This document shows, one piece after another, positions 1 through 10,475 of a stretch of 64,000 nucleotides of DNA. This DNA is from an uncultured Candidatus Rokubacteria bacterium. Lineage in GTDB: Bacteria; Methylomirabilota; Methylomirabilia; Rokubacteriales; DASRDR01. The translations under genes were made by a program, and so were the position numbers. Position 1 is the first letter of the stretch; each line of letters opens with the position of its first letter. The notes under the pieces were generated by a model. That model searched no databases. It was not told where the DNA came from and saw only the letters and a program-made list of their open reading frames with translations. Location of the stretch: assembly GCA_963826115.1 (NCBI GenBank), contig CAWGVS010000005.1:832001-896000 (forward strand). The letters are read 5' to 3'.

Positions 1-855
1 CCGGCGCCGCGTCAGCGCGCGAGCGGCCTCGCGCGCGTCGGCTCCGGCGAGCGCCGCCGGCAGCACGCGCCAGAGGTCCCGGACGTAGCCGACGAGCCAC
101 GCGAGCATGATCAGCGGCTCGTCGCCCGACGCCTGGAGCTGTGAGGCGAGGCGGAGCGCGTCAGCCTGGCGCGCCTCCTCGAGGGCCTGAGTCAGCTCCC
201 AGTACTGCCGGCTTCGTGTCTCCCCGGCGAGCGCGCGCACGACGTCCTCCGAGACCTTCCGGTCGCCCGCCGTGTAGAGGGCCGCCTTCTCCAGCTCGGC
301 GGCGAGACGGGACAGGTCCTCCCCGACCAGGTCCACCAGGGCCTGGGCGGCGTCGGGTGCCAGGTCGAGCCCGCCCGCGCGCGCGCGCTCGCGGAGCCAG
401 CCGACCACCGCCCGGCCCGCCGGCGCCCTCACCTCGGCCTGGTCGACCTCGGGCAGGATGCGGAGGCCCGCCGTGCGGCGGTCCGAACCGGCCGCGACGA
501 GGAGGACCGTCGTCCCTTCCGCGGGCCATCCCGCGGGCGCCCGCCGGGCCTCGGCGACGGCGTCGCGGAGGCGATCGGCCACCTTGGCCGCGAGGTCGGT
601 GACGCCCCGCACGAGAACCAGGCGCCGGCCGGCGAAGAGGGAGAGCGAGGCGCCGGCGGCAATCAGCGCGTCCGCGGTGACCTGGTCGGCGTGGAACAGC
701 TCCCGGTTCCAGCCGGCGGACTGCTCGTCGGGCAGGATCGCCCGGGTCAGTCGGTCGAGCACCTCGTCGACGAGGAGGGGCTCGGGTCCGTGGAGGAGGA
801 GAAGCGGGGGGACACGTCCGGCCGCGGCGTCGCGAAGGAGGGCGTTGACCTCCAG
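1..855 (-). CDS. holA: DNA polymerase III subunit delta (3' end runs off the window; probable CTG start)
   Basis: Not in the ORF track. Translated by hand: LEVNALLRDAAAGRVPPLLLLHGPEPLLVDEV...SLSLFAGRRLVLVRG...LVDLVGEDLSRLAAELEKAALY, open to position 1. Conserved leuS-lptE-holA order. Confidence 0.88.
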   Translation of the reverse strand, partial: MEVNALLRDAAAGRVPPLLLLHGPEPLLVDEVLDRLTRAILPDEQSAGWNRELFHADQVTADALIAAGASLSLFAGRRLVLVRGVTDLAAKVADRLRDAVAEARRAPAGWPAEGTTVLLVAAGSDRRTAGLRILPEVDQAEVRAPAGRAVVGWLRERARAGGLDLAPDAAQALVDLVGEDLSRLAAELEKAALYTAGDRKVSEDVVRALAGETRSRQYWELTQALEEARQADALRLASQLQASGDEPLIMLAWLVGYVRDLWRVLPAALAGADAREAARALTRRR

Positions 856-856
856 C

Positions 857-1381
857 TCAGAACCCTTCGAAGGCGAAGCTGACGATGGCGCGCGCCACGT
901 CCACCGCGGCCTTCTGGACGGCGACTTGCTCCCGGGCGATCGTCTGCGACACCTGGCCCGCGACCTGGAAGTCGGCCCGCTCCTCGATGCGGTCCTGCTT
1001 CCAGATGACCTTGTTCTGCTTGAGGTCCTTGAACGTCAGCGCGAGGCCGATGATCAGGCGGTATGACGTGACGTTGGCGCTGCTGTCGAACGAGAGCGAC
1101 GTCAGCCGGTACTCGACGATGCTCCCCTCGAGGGTGGCGTCGGCGTCCTGGGCATTCGCGGCGATCCGCACGCGTCCGCTCTGGACCACCGCCTGGGTCA
1201 GCGCCTGCGTGATGAAGTCCTCGATGCCGGGCTCCGACGTCTTGTTCACCAGGACCGGCACGTGGATCGAGTTGATGCCCGGCGGCATGCTGGTGCGGAG
1301 CGAGTACCCGCAGCCGCCGAGGAGGAGGCTGGCGGCAACCGGCACGGCGACGAGGGCGCTCAGCGCGCTGCGGCGGGTCAT
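857..1381 (-). CDS. lptE: LPS assembly lipoprotein LptE family
   Basis: C-terminal part of ORF 857..3238. MTRRSALS...LLLGG-C-GY lipobox. ATGA overlap with the leuS stop. Lies between leuS and holA. Confidence 0.85.
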   Translation of the reverse strand: MTRRSALSALVAVPVAASLLLGGCGYSLRTSMPPGINSIHVPVLVNKTSEPGIEDFITQALTQAVVQSGRVRIAANAQDADATLEGSIVEYRLTSLSFDSSANVTSYRLIIGLALTFKDLKQNKVIWKQDRIEERADFQVAGQVSQTIAREQVAVQKAAVDVARAIVSFAFEGF

Positions 1382-3882
1382 GCCGGGCTCCCGGTGCCCT
1401 TGGTCACGATGTTGACGAGGCGGCCGGGCACCACCACCACCCGCGCGACCTCGCGGGCCTCGAGCCACGGCCGGACCTTCTCGTCGGCCAGCGCCTCGGT
1501 GCGAAGACGGTCCTCGGCGATCTCGGGCGAGACGACCAGCCGGGTGCGCACGCGCCCGTCGACCTGCACCACGACCTGCACCGCGTCCCGCGCGAGCGCC
1601 GCAGGGTCGGCGGACGGCCAGGACGCGCGAAACACGCTGTCCCGATGGCCGAGCTGGGACCACAGCTCCTCGGCGAGGTGCGGCGCGAACGGCGCGAGCA
1701 GGCGGACCAGCGTGTCGATCGACTCCGCGAGCAGGCTCGCCCGCTCCTCGGCGGCCGCCCGGTCGAGCGACTCCGTCGCGAAGGCGTGCATCGCGTTGAC
1801 GAGCTCGTGGAGGGCGCTGATGGCGGTGTTGAAGTGGAAGTCGTCGATGTCCGTCGTGACGCGCTGGATCGTGTCGTGGACCGTGCGGCGGAAGGCCCGC
1901 CCCGGCGCCGAGAGGTCGGCCGGCGGTCGCGCGGCGTTCGCGAAGCTCTCGCGGTTGGCCTGGAAGAACCGCCAGACGCGGTTGAGGAACCGGAACGCGC
2001 CCTCGACCCCCTGGTCGCTCCACTCGAGGTCCTTCTCGGGCGGGGCCATGAAGAGCTCGAACACCCGCCCGGTGTCGGCCCCGTACGTCTCGATGAAGTC
2101 GTCCGGGCTCACGACGTTGCCCTTCGACTTCGACATCTTCGCGCCGTCCTTGACGACCATCCCCTGCGTGAACAGCCGCTGGAAGGGCTCGTCGAGCTTG
2201 AAGTAGCCGAGGTCCCTGAGGACCTTCGTGTAGAACCGCGCGTACAGGAGGTGGAGGATCGCGTGCTCGATCCCGCCCGTGTACTGGTCGACGGGCATCC
2301 AGTAATGGACGGCGTCCGCGTCGGCGAGGCCGCCCAGGTGCCGCGGCGAGCAAAACCGGAGGAAGTACCAGGACGAGTCCACGAAGGTGTCCATCGTGTC
2401 CGTCTCCCGCCGGGCCGGGCCGCCACAGCGGGGACAGGTCGTGTTGACGAACCCCGGCACGTCGGCGATCGGCGAGCCGCCCTTCCCCGTGATCTGCACG
2501 TCCTGCGGGAGCACGACGGGCAGCCGCTCCGGCCGCTCGGGGACCGTGCCGTCCTTCGGGCAGTACACGATGGGGATCGGCGCGCCCCAGTACCGCTGAC
2601 GGCTGATCCCCCAGTCGCGGAGCCGGTAGTTCACCTTGGCGACGCCGAGCTTCCGAGCGACGAGCCAGTCGATGGACTTCCGCTTGGCCTCGGCCACCGT
2701 GAGGCCGTCGAGGAACCCGGAGTTGATCTTGGCGCCGTCGCCGTTGTACGCCTCGCCGGTCCAGCCGGCCGGGCGTTCGACGGTCTCGACGATCGGGAGC
2801 CCGTAGGCCTTCGCGAAGTCCCAGTCCCGCTGGTCCTCGCCGGGGACCGCCATGATCGCGCCGGTGCCGTAGCCCATCAGGACGTAGTCCGCGAGGAAGA
2901 GCGGCACCTCCGCCCCGTTGAAGGGGTTGACCACCTTGGCCCGGAGCCGGAGCCCGCGCTTCGGCCGGTCGGTTGCGAGCCGCTCGATCTCGGTCTCGCG
3001 CGCGACCTCGCTCCGGAATGCCGCGACCGCCGTCCGCTCCTCGGCGTCGGCGACCAGCTGGTCGACGAGCGGGTGTTCGGGCGCGAGCACGGCGTACGTC
3101 ATGCCGAACGACGTGTCGGGGCGGGTCGTGAAGACGCGAAGGGCGAGCCCGGGTCGGCCGGCGACCGGGAGGTCGAACTCGGCCCCCTCGCTCTTGCCGA
3201 TCCAGTTGCGCTGCATCGTGAGGACGCGCTCGGGCCACCCCGTCAGCCGGTCACACCACTCGAGCAGCTCCTCGGCGTACGCCGTGATCTTGAAGTACCA
3301 GCCCTCGATCTCCTTGATGACGACCTCGGAGTCGCAGCGCCAGCAGCGTCCGGCCTCCACCTGCTCGTTGGCGAGCACGGTCTGGCAGCTCGGGCACCAG
3401 TTGACGCGCGCGCTCTTCTGGTACGCGAGGCCGCGCTCGAACATCTTCACGAAGATGAGCTGCTCCCACCGGTAGTACTCGGGATCGCACGTCGCGACCT
3501 CGCGGTCCCAGTCGTACGAGATCCCCAGCGTCTTCATCTGGGCCTTCATGGTCGCGATGTTCTCGTACGTCCACACCGCCGGGTGCACGCCGTTGTCGAT
3601 GGCGGCGTTCTCGGCCGGGAGGCCGAACGCGTCCCACCCCATCGGGTGGAGCACGTTGTACCCGCGCATTCGCTTGTAGCGGGTGATGGCGTCGCCGATC
3701 GCGTAGTTGCGGACGTGCCCCATGTGGATCCGGCCCGACGGATACGGGAACATCTCGAGACAGTAGAACTTCGGGCGGCCCGGCTCCTCGCGGACGCGGA
3801 AGAGACCGGTCTCGTCCCACACGCGCTGCCACTTGGTCTCGATTTCCCGGAAGGGATAGTGGTCGGGCCGGTCCAGGGTCAC
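1378..3882 (-). CDS. leuS: Leucine--tRNA ligase
   Basis: MFPYPSG, HMGH, GTGAIMAVP editing domain and KMSKS motifs. GTG 3882 follows GAGGAGG; alternative ATG at 3915. Confidence 0.98.
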   Translation of the reverse strand: MTLDRPDHYPFREIETKWQRVWDETGLFRVREEPGRPKFYCLEMFPYPSGRIHMGHVRNYAIGDAITRYKRMRGYNVLHPMGWDAFGLPAENAAIDNGVHPAVWTYENIATMKAQMKTLGISYDWDREVATCDPEYYRWEQLIFVKMFERGLAYQKSARVNWCPSCQTVLANEQVEAGRCWRCDSEVVIKEIEGWYFKITAYAEELLEWCDRLTGWPERVLTMQRNWIGKSEGAEFDLPVAGRPGLALRVFTTRPDTSFGMTYAVLAPEHPLVDQLVADAEERTAVAAFRSEVARETEIERLATDRPKRGLRLRAKVVNPFNGAEVPLFLADYVLMGYGTGAIMAVPGEDQRDWDFAKAYGLPIVETVERPAGWTGEAYNGDGAKINSGFLDGLTVAEAKRKSIDWLVARKLGVAKVNYRLRDWGISRQRYWGAPIPIVYCPKDGTVPERPERLPVVLPQDVQITGKGGSPIADVPGFVNTTCPRCGGPARRETDTMDTFVDSSWYFLRFCSPRHLGGLADADAVHYWMPVDQYTGGIEHAILHLLYARFYTKVLRDLGYFKLDEPFQRLFTQGMVVKDGAKMSKSKGNVVSPDDFIETYGADTGRVFELFMAPPEKDLEWSDQGVEGAFRFLNRVWRFFQANRESFANAARPPADLSAPGRAFRRTVHDTIQRVTTDIDDFHFNTAISALHELVNAMHAFATESLDRAAAEERASLLAESIDTLVRLLAPFAPHLAEELWSQLGHRDSVFRASWPSADPAALARDAVQVVVQVDGRVRTRLVVSPEIAEDRLRTEALADEKVRPWLEAREVARVVVVPGRLVNIVTKGTGSPA

Positions 3883-3921
3883 GGGTCCAGCGGGCCTCCT
3901 CTGATCAATGTCCATGCATAT

Positions 3922-5799
3922 TTAGCAGAGATCCCCCTCCGATGCAAGGGTGGGACTGCCGGGCGGCGCCGGCACCGGCGGCGGCGTCTCCGTCGGCACC
4001 TCGTCCTGGTGGAAGAAGCCGTAGATCCGCTGCGCCAGCTTGGGCGTGACCTTCGGGACGGCGGCCAGCTCGGCGACCGAGGCGGCCCGGACCCTCCGCG
4101 CCGAGCCGAGCGACTTCAGGAGGTTCGTCCGGATGGATGGGCCGACGCCCGGGATCTGGTCGAGGACCGAGACCAGCGTGCGCTTTTGACGCAGCTTCTT
4201 GTGATAGGTGATCGCGAAGCGGTGGGCCTCGTCCCGGATCCGCTGGAGCGTCTGGAGCGCCGGTGACGCGAGATCGAGGACCAGCGGGTGGAGGCTCCCG
4301 GGGTGGTACACCTCCTCCTCGCGCTTCGCGAGGGCGACGATCGGCAGGTAGTCGAGGCCGAGCTCCTCGAGCACGCGGGTCCCGGCGCTCAGCTGGCCGC
4401 GCCCACCGTCCAGCATGATCAGGTCGGGGAGCGTGCCTCCGTCCTCCAGGGCCTTGCCATAGCGCCGTCGCAGGACCTCGGCCATCATCGCGAAGTCGTC
4501 GGCGCCGGGGACGGTGCGGATCTTGAACCGCTTGTAGTCGTCCTTCTTCATGCCCCCGCCCTCCCAGACGACCATCGACCCGACCGCCTCCTGCCCCTGG
4601 ATGTTCGAGATGTCGAAACCCTCGATTCGGTGAGGGGCGTCCGGCAGCCCGAGCTCTCGCCGGAGCTCCTCGGCGACGACCTGGCGACGGCTCGAGCGGG
4701 CCAGCAGATGGGTCTGGAGGGCGAGTGCCGCGTTCTCCTCGGCCATCGCGACCAGCTCGCGCTTCCGGCCGCGCTGGGGGACGAGGAGCTCGACCCGGCC
4801 CTCGCGGAGCTGCGCGAGCCACTCCCCCACCAGCGCCTCCTCGGGCACCTCGACCGACAGCAGGACCTCGCGGGGCGGCATCACGCTCTTCGAGTAGAAC
4901 TGGCCGAGGAGCGCGGACAGGAGCTCGCCGTCGGTCGCGCTCCCCAGCTTGTCGAGGAAGAACGCCTCGCGGCCCAGGAGGCGCCCGCGGCGCACGAAGA
5001 AGATCTGGACGCACGCTTCCGAGCCCTGGCGCGCGAGGCCGAGGATGTCCTGGTCCTCCGGCTCGACCGAGATGATCTTCTGCCGCTCCCGCACGGTGTT
5101 CAGCGCCTGGACCTGGTCCCGGAGGATGCCGGCCCGCTCGAACTTCTCCTCCGCCGCGGCCTCCTCCATCTCCGCGGTCAGGCGGCGCGCGAGGTCCTCG
5201 TCGCGGCCCTCCAGGAACGCCTCGACGTCCTGCACCGTCCGGGCGTAGCCCTCGCGCGTCTCCTGCCCGGTGCAAGGCGCCTTGCACCGGTGGATGTAGT
5301 ACTGGAGGCACGGGCGCTCCGCCTGCCCGTCGATCTTGATGCTGCAGGTTCGCAGCGGGAACAGCGCGCGCACGAGGCGCAGGGTCTCGCGGAGCGCCGT
5401 CGCCGGGTAGAAGGGCCCGTAATAGGTCGCGCCGTCCTTCTGCACCCGCCGGGCCACCAGGAGGCGCGGGTATTCCTCGTTCGTCGTGAGCTTGAGGAAC
5501 GGGTAGTGCTTGTCGTCCTTGAGGATGATGTTGTAGCGGGGCCGGTGCCGCTTGACGAGGTTCGACTCGAGGATGAGGGCCTCGAGCTCGTTGGCGGTGA
5601 CGATGTAGTCGAGGTCGGCGATGTGGTCGACCAGCGCGTCGGTCTTCGCGTCCCGGACGCGGGAGGCCTGGAAGTACGAGCGGACGCGCGCCCGGATCGA
5701 CGCCGCCTTGCCGACGTACACGACCTGTCCCTTGGCGTCCTTGTAGAGGTAGACGCCGGGCCGGTCCGGGAGGCGCTCGAGCTTCTCGGCGAGGTCCAC
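3922..5799 (-). CDS. uvrC: Excinuclease ABC subunit C
   Basis: GIY-YIG (PGVYLY..YVGKA), UVR domain, GFDIS, DGGRGQ, RDEAHRFA and C-terminal HhH. GTG 5799 preferred because it lies 7 nt after TACCAT; alternative ATG at 5808. Confidence 0.97.
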   Translation of the reverse strand: MDLAEKLERLPDRPGVYLYKDAKGQVVYVGKAASIRARVRSYFQASRVRDAKTDALVDHIADLDYIVTANELEALILESNLVKRHRPRYNIILKDDKHYPFLKLTTNEEYPRLLVARRVQKDGATYYGPFYPATALRETLRLVRALFPLRTCSIKIDGQAERPCLQYYIHRCKAPCTGQETREGYARTVQDVEAFLEGRDEDLARRLTAEMEEAAAEEKFERAGILRDQVQALNTVRERQKIISVEPEDQDILGLARQGSEACVQIFFVRRGRLLGREAFFLDKLGSATDGELLSALLGQFYSKSVMPPREVLLSVEVPEEALVGEWLAQLREGRVELLVPQRGRKRELVAMAEENAALALQTHLLARSSRRQVVAEELRRELGLPDAPHRIEGFDISNIQGQEAVGSMVVWEGGGMKKDDYKRFKIRTVPGADDFAMMAEVLRRRYGKALEDGGTLPDLIMLDGGRGQLSAGTRVLEELGLDYLPIVALAKREEEVYHPGSLHPLVLDLASPALQTLQRIRDEAHRFAITYHKKLRQKRTLVSVLDQIPGVGPSIRTNLLKSLGSARRVRAASVAELAAVPKVTPKLAQRIYGFFHQDEVPTETPPPVPAPPGSPTLASEGDLC

Positions 5800-5848
5800 G
5801 GAGTCCATGGTACGCCGGGTCGCCGCGGGTGGCGGCGTCCCGGAGGCG

Positions 5849-7843
<1,995 letters not shown>

Positions 7844-7880
7844 CGAGTCCTACCAGTGTACGCGCGCCCCGGCGGGGCGC

Positions 7881-8423
7881 TCAGGCGCCGGACGGGAGGG
7901 CGGCCGGGACCGCGTGGAGGTACTTCCGCCAGGCGTCGAGGAAGAAGGACGCGTGCGGATGACGCAGGAGGTGGACCGAGAACAGGAACTGCGGGTGCGC
8001 CGGCGTCCGGACCAGCACCATCCCCGCCTCGTCGGCGGTCCGACTCCCCTTGTACAGGTTGCAGCGGAGGCAGGCCGCGACCACGTTCGTCCAGGTGGTC
8101 CCGCCCCCCCGCGACCGCGGCACGACGTGGTCGACCGTCAGGCGGTCTCCCCGGCGGCCGCAGTACTGGCACGTGTAGTGGTCGCGCCGGAGGATGTTCT
8201 TCTTGTTGAACGCGACGCGCTCCACGAAGGGCTTCCGGATGTACATCATCAGCCGGATCACCGACGGGAGCGGGAACGTGTGGGACGGCGACCTGATGAC
8301 CCGGGGGGAGGGCTCGACGGTCTCGGCCTTGCCACTGAGGAGGAGGGTGATCGCGCGGCGGGCGTTGGTGAAGTGCAGCGGCTCGAAGCTGCCGTTTAGT
8401 ACTAGTACGGCCACTTCATCCAT
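7881..8423 (-). CDS. HNH endonuclease (McrA-like, zinc-binding)
   Basis: VLVLNGSFEPL, RRDHYTCQYCG, TVDHVVPRSRGG and NVVAACLRCN motifs. Confidence 0.9.
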   Translation of the reverse strand: MDEVAVLVLNGSFEPLHFTNARRAITLLLSGKAETVEPSPRVIRSPSHTFPLPSVIRLMMYIRKPFVERVAFNKKNILRRDHYTCQYCGRRGDRLTVDHVVPRSRGGGTTWTNVVAACLRCNLYKGSRTADEAGMVLVRTPAHPQFLFSVHLLRHPHASFFLDAWRKYLHAVPAALPSGA

Positions 8424-8433
8424 ATGCCATCGC

Positions 8434-8463
8434 ATGATACGGAGGGCGCGTCGTTTCTGTCAA
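8434..8463 (-). promoter_or_regulatory. Sigma70-type promoter of the HNH gene
   Basis: TTGACA-18 nt-TATCAT on the minus strand, about 10 nt before the ATG. Confidence 0.65.
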
Positions 8464-8492
8464 CCGCGCCGCTCCCGGACTCGGGCGGGCCG

Positions 8493-9413
8493 TCAGCGCC
8501 GCGCCAGGCTCGTGAGGAAGAAGCGGAGGTTGGCCGGGCGCTCGGCGAGCCGGCGCACGAAGTATCCGTACCAGTCCTCGCCGAACGGCACGAGCACGCG
8601 GAGGCGTACGCCGAGGTCGAGGAGGGTGCGGTGCAGATCCGGCCGGATCCCGTGGAGCATCTGGAACTCGTAGCGATCGGGGGCCAGCCCGAACTCGCGC
8701 GCGCGGTCCGCGATCACCCGGATCAGGCGTTCGTCGTGGGTCGCGAAGGCCGCGTACGCGCCCGCCGCCTGCGCCTCCTTCGAGAACAGCATGCCGGCCA
8801 GGCGCGCGTAGTTCCGGTCGACATCCGCCTTGCGGGGAAAGGCGAGATCCGGCGGCTCGCGGTAGGCGCCCTTGCAGAGGCGCATCCGGAGTCCGCCCCC
8901 GACCAGGCCGCGAAGGTCGGCCTCGGTGCGGTGGAGGTACGCCTGGAGCACGCAGGCGACGTTCCGCCACCGCCGTCGGAGGCGCCGGTAGACCGCGAGG
9001 GTGCGCTCCGCATACACCGTGCCTTCCATGTCGAGCCAGACCCAGGTCTCGCCCGCCCGCTCGAGGACGCGCTCCACGTTCTCGAGCGCGACCTCCTCGC
9101 CGAGGTCGAGCCCGAGGTGGGTGAGCTTGAGCGACGGCGTCGTGCGGAGCCCGCGACGCCGGGCCTCCTCGAGGAGGTGGACGTAGACGTCGGCTGCGGC
9201 CGCCGCGGCTTTCGGGGACGCGACATTCTCCCCGAGGTACGTGACGGCCGTCTGGAGCCCCGCCGCCTCCAGCCGCTCGAGGACGGCGAGCGCGTCCGCC
9301 GGGGTCTCGCCGGCCACGAAGCGTCGCACCACGCGCCGCGACAGCGGCAGCCGCTCGAGACCTCGCCCGATCGACGGCCTGGTGGACAGGCGGAGAAGCG
9401 CGTCTCGGAGCAC
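8493..9413 (-). CDS. Monofunctional proline dehydrogenase
   Basis: RRFVAGET, SLKLT.LG, LDME, LQAYL.RT, RLCKGAY, ATHD, EFQML.GIR and WYGYFVRRLAERPAN motifs. Confidence 0.95.
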   Translation of the reverse strand: MLRDALLRLSTRPSIGRGLERLPLSRRVVRRFVAGETPADALAVLERLEAAGLQTAVTYLGENVASPKAAAAAADVYVHLLEEARRRGLRTTPSLKLTHLGLDLGEEVALENVERVLERAGETWVWLDMEGTVYAERTLAVYRRLRRRWRNVACVLQAYLHRTEADLRGLVGGGLRMRLCKGAYREPPDLAFPRKADVDRNYARLAGMLFSKEAQAAGAYAAFATHDERLIRVIADRAREFGLAPDRYEFQMLHGIRPDLHRTLLDLGVRLRVLVPFGEDWYGYFVRRLAERPANLRFFLTSLARR

Positions 9414-9500
9414 GATGGCGACCTCAGATCCGCAGGGTGCTCGGCTCGACGCGCGCGGAAGCGCGTCGAGGCCGAGTGTAGCAAAGCGGAAAAGAGCCGG

Positions 9501-10475
9501 TCAAGGAAGCGACGGTCCTCCGACCTGCGCCGAGGGTGCCGTCGGGCGCCATCCGACCGCGTGGAGGAGGATGCCCTCGCGCAGTCCCGAGTCCGAGACC
9601 ACGGCGTGAGGCAATCCGAGGCCCGCCATCGCGGCGGCGAGGACGATGGCACCCGGGAGGATGACGTCGGCCCGCCCCGTCTCGAGCCCCGGGACGCGCG
9701 CGCGCTCGGCGAGCGGCAGCGCGGCGAGGCGCGCGGCCAGCCGGTCGACGGCGCTCGCCGTCAGACGGTGCCCCTGCACGCGGGCGGCGTCGTACGCCGC
9801 GAGGCCGAGATCGATCATCGCGAGCGTCGTGGGCGTCCCTGCCGTCGCGACGAGCGCGGCGGGCCCGAGCGGGCGGATCCGGCCCCACGCCTCGTCGAGG
9901 AGCCGCGCGTCGACGTACGCCCGGCAGGCGGCCAGATCCGCCGGCTCCGGAGGATCCCGGCGGAAGAAGCGCTCCACCAGGTGGACGACCCCGAGCGCGA
10001 GGCTGACCGCCGTCCGGACGCCCGCGCCCTCGGCGACGAGGACCTCGGTGCTGCCACCGCCGATGTCGAGGAGGGCGAACAGGCCCCCGGGGTGCCGGAG
10101 GGTCCACGACGCGCCCAGCAGGGTGAGGCTCGCCTCCTCCTCGCCGCTGACGACGCGCGGACGGACACCCGGCTCCGCCTCGAGCCGGGCGAGGAAGGCC
10201 GGCCCATCGCGCGCCTGGCGCACCGCCGCGGTCGCGACGAGGCGGACGTCGGATGCGCCCAGGCTCTGCGCGCGGTCCCGGAACCGGCGGACCGCGGCGA
10301 GCGTCCGCTCGGCGGCCGCGGGGGCGAGCGTGCCGCGCCCGGCGAGGCCCTCGCCGAGCCGCGTCACGACCTGGTCGGCCCAGACGGGGACGATGCCTCG
10401 CGCGGGATCCGTCTTCGCGACCAGGACGCGGACGGTGTTCGTGCCGAGATCGATCGCGGCGAGCGGACGGCTCAC
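9501..10475 (-). CDS. ppx: Ppx/GppA family exopolyphosphatase (short form)
   Basis: AIDLGTNT, ATAAVR, SGEEEA, DIGGGSTE, RADVI and GLREG motifs. GTG overlaps the upstream kinase stop (GTGA). Confidence 0.92.
   Translation of the reverse strand: MSRPLAAIDLGTNTVRVLVAKTDPARGIVPVWADQVVTRLGEGLAGRGTLAPAAAERTLAAVRRFRDRAQSLGASDVRLVATAAVRQARDGPAFLARLEAEPGVRPRVVSGEEEASLTLLGASWTLRHPGGLFALLDIGGGSTEVLVAEGAGVRTAVSLALGVVHLVERFFRRDPPEPADLAACRAYVDARLLDEAWGRIRPLGPAALVATAGTPTTLAMIDLGLAAYDAARVQGHRLTASAVDRLAARLAALPLAERARVPGLETGRADVILPGAIVLAAAMAGLGLPHAVVSDSGLREGILLHAVGWRPTAPSAQVGGPSLP

Noticed and set aside
857-3238. 793-aa ORF suggesting a large LptE fusion
   Set aside because: The N-terminal part is an Arg/Pro-rich alternative frame of leuS. 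The real gene starts at ATG 1381.
7844-7880. LexA/SOS box upstream of uvrB or uvrC
   Set aside because: No recognisable palindrome or direct repeat; only -10 elements are visible.
7881-8423. HNH gene as a mobile element or defence system
   Set aside because: A common stand-alone chromosomal HNH family with host-like codon usage; no methylase, integrase or flanking repeats.
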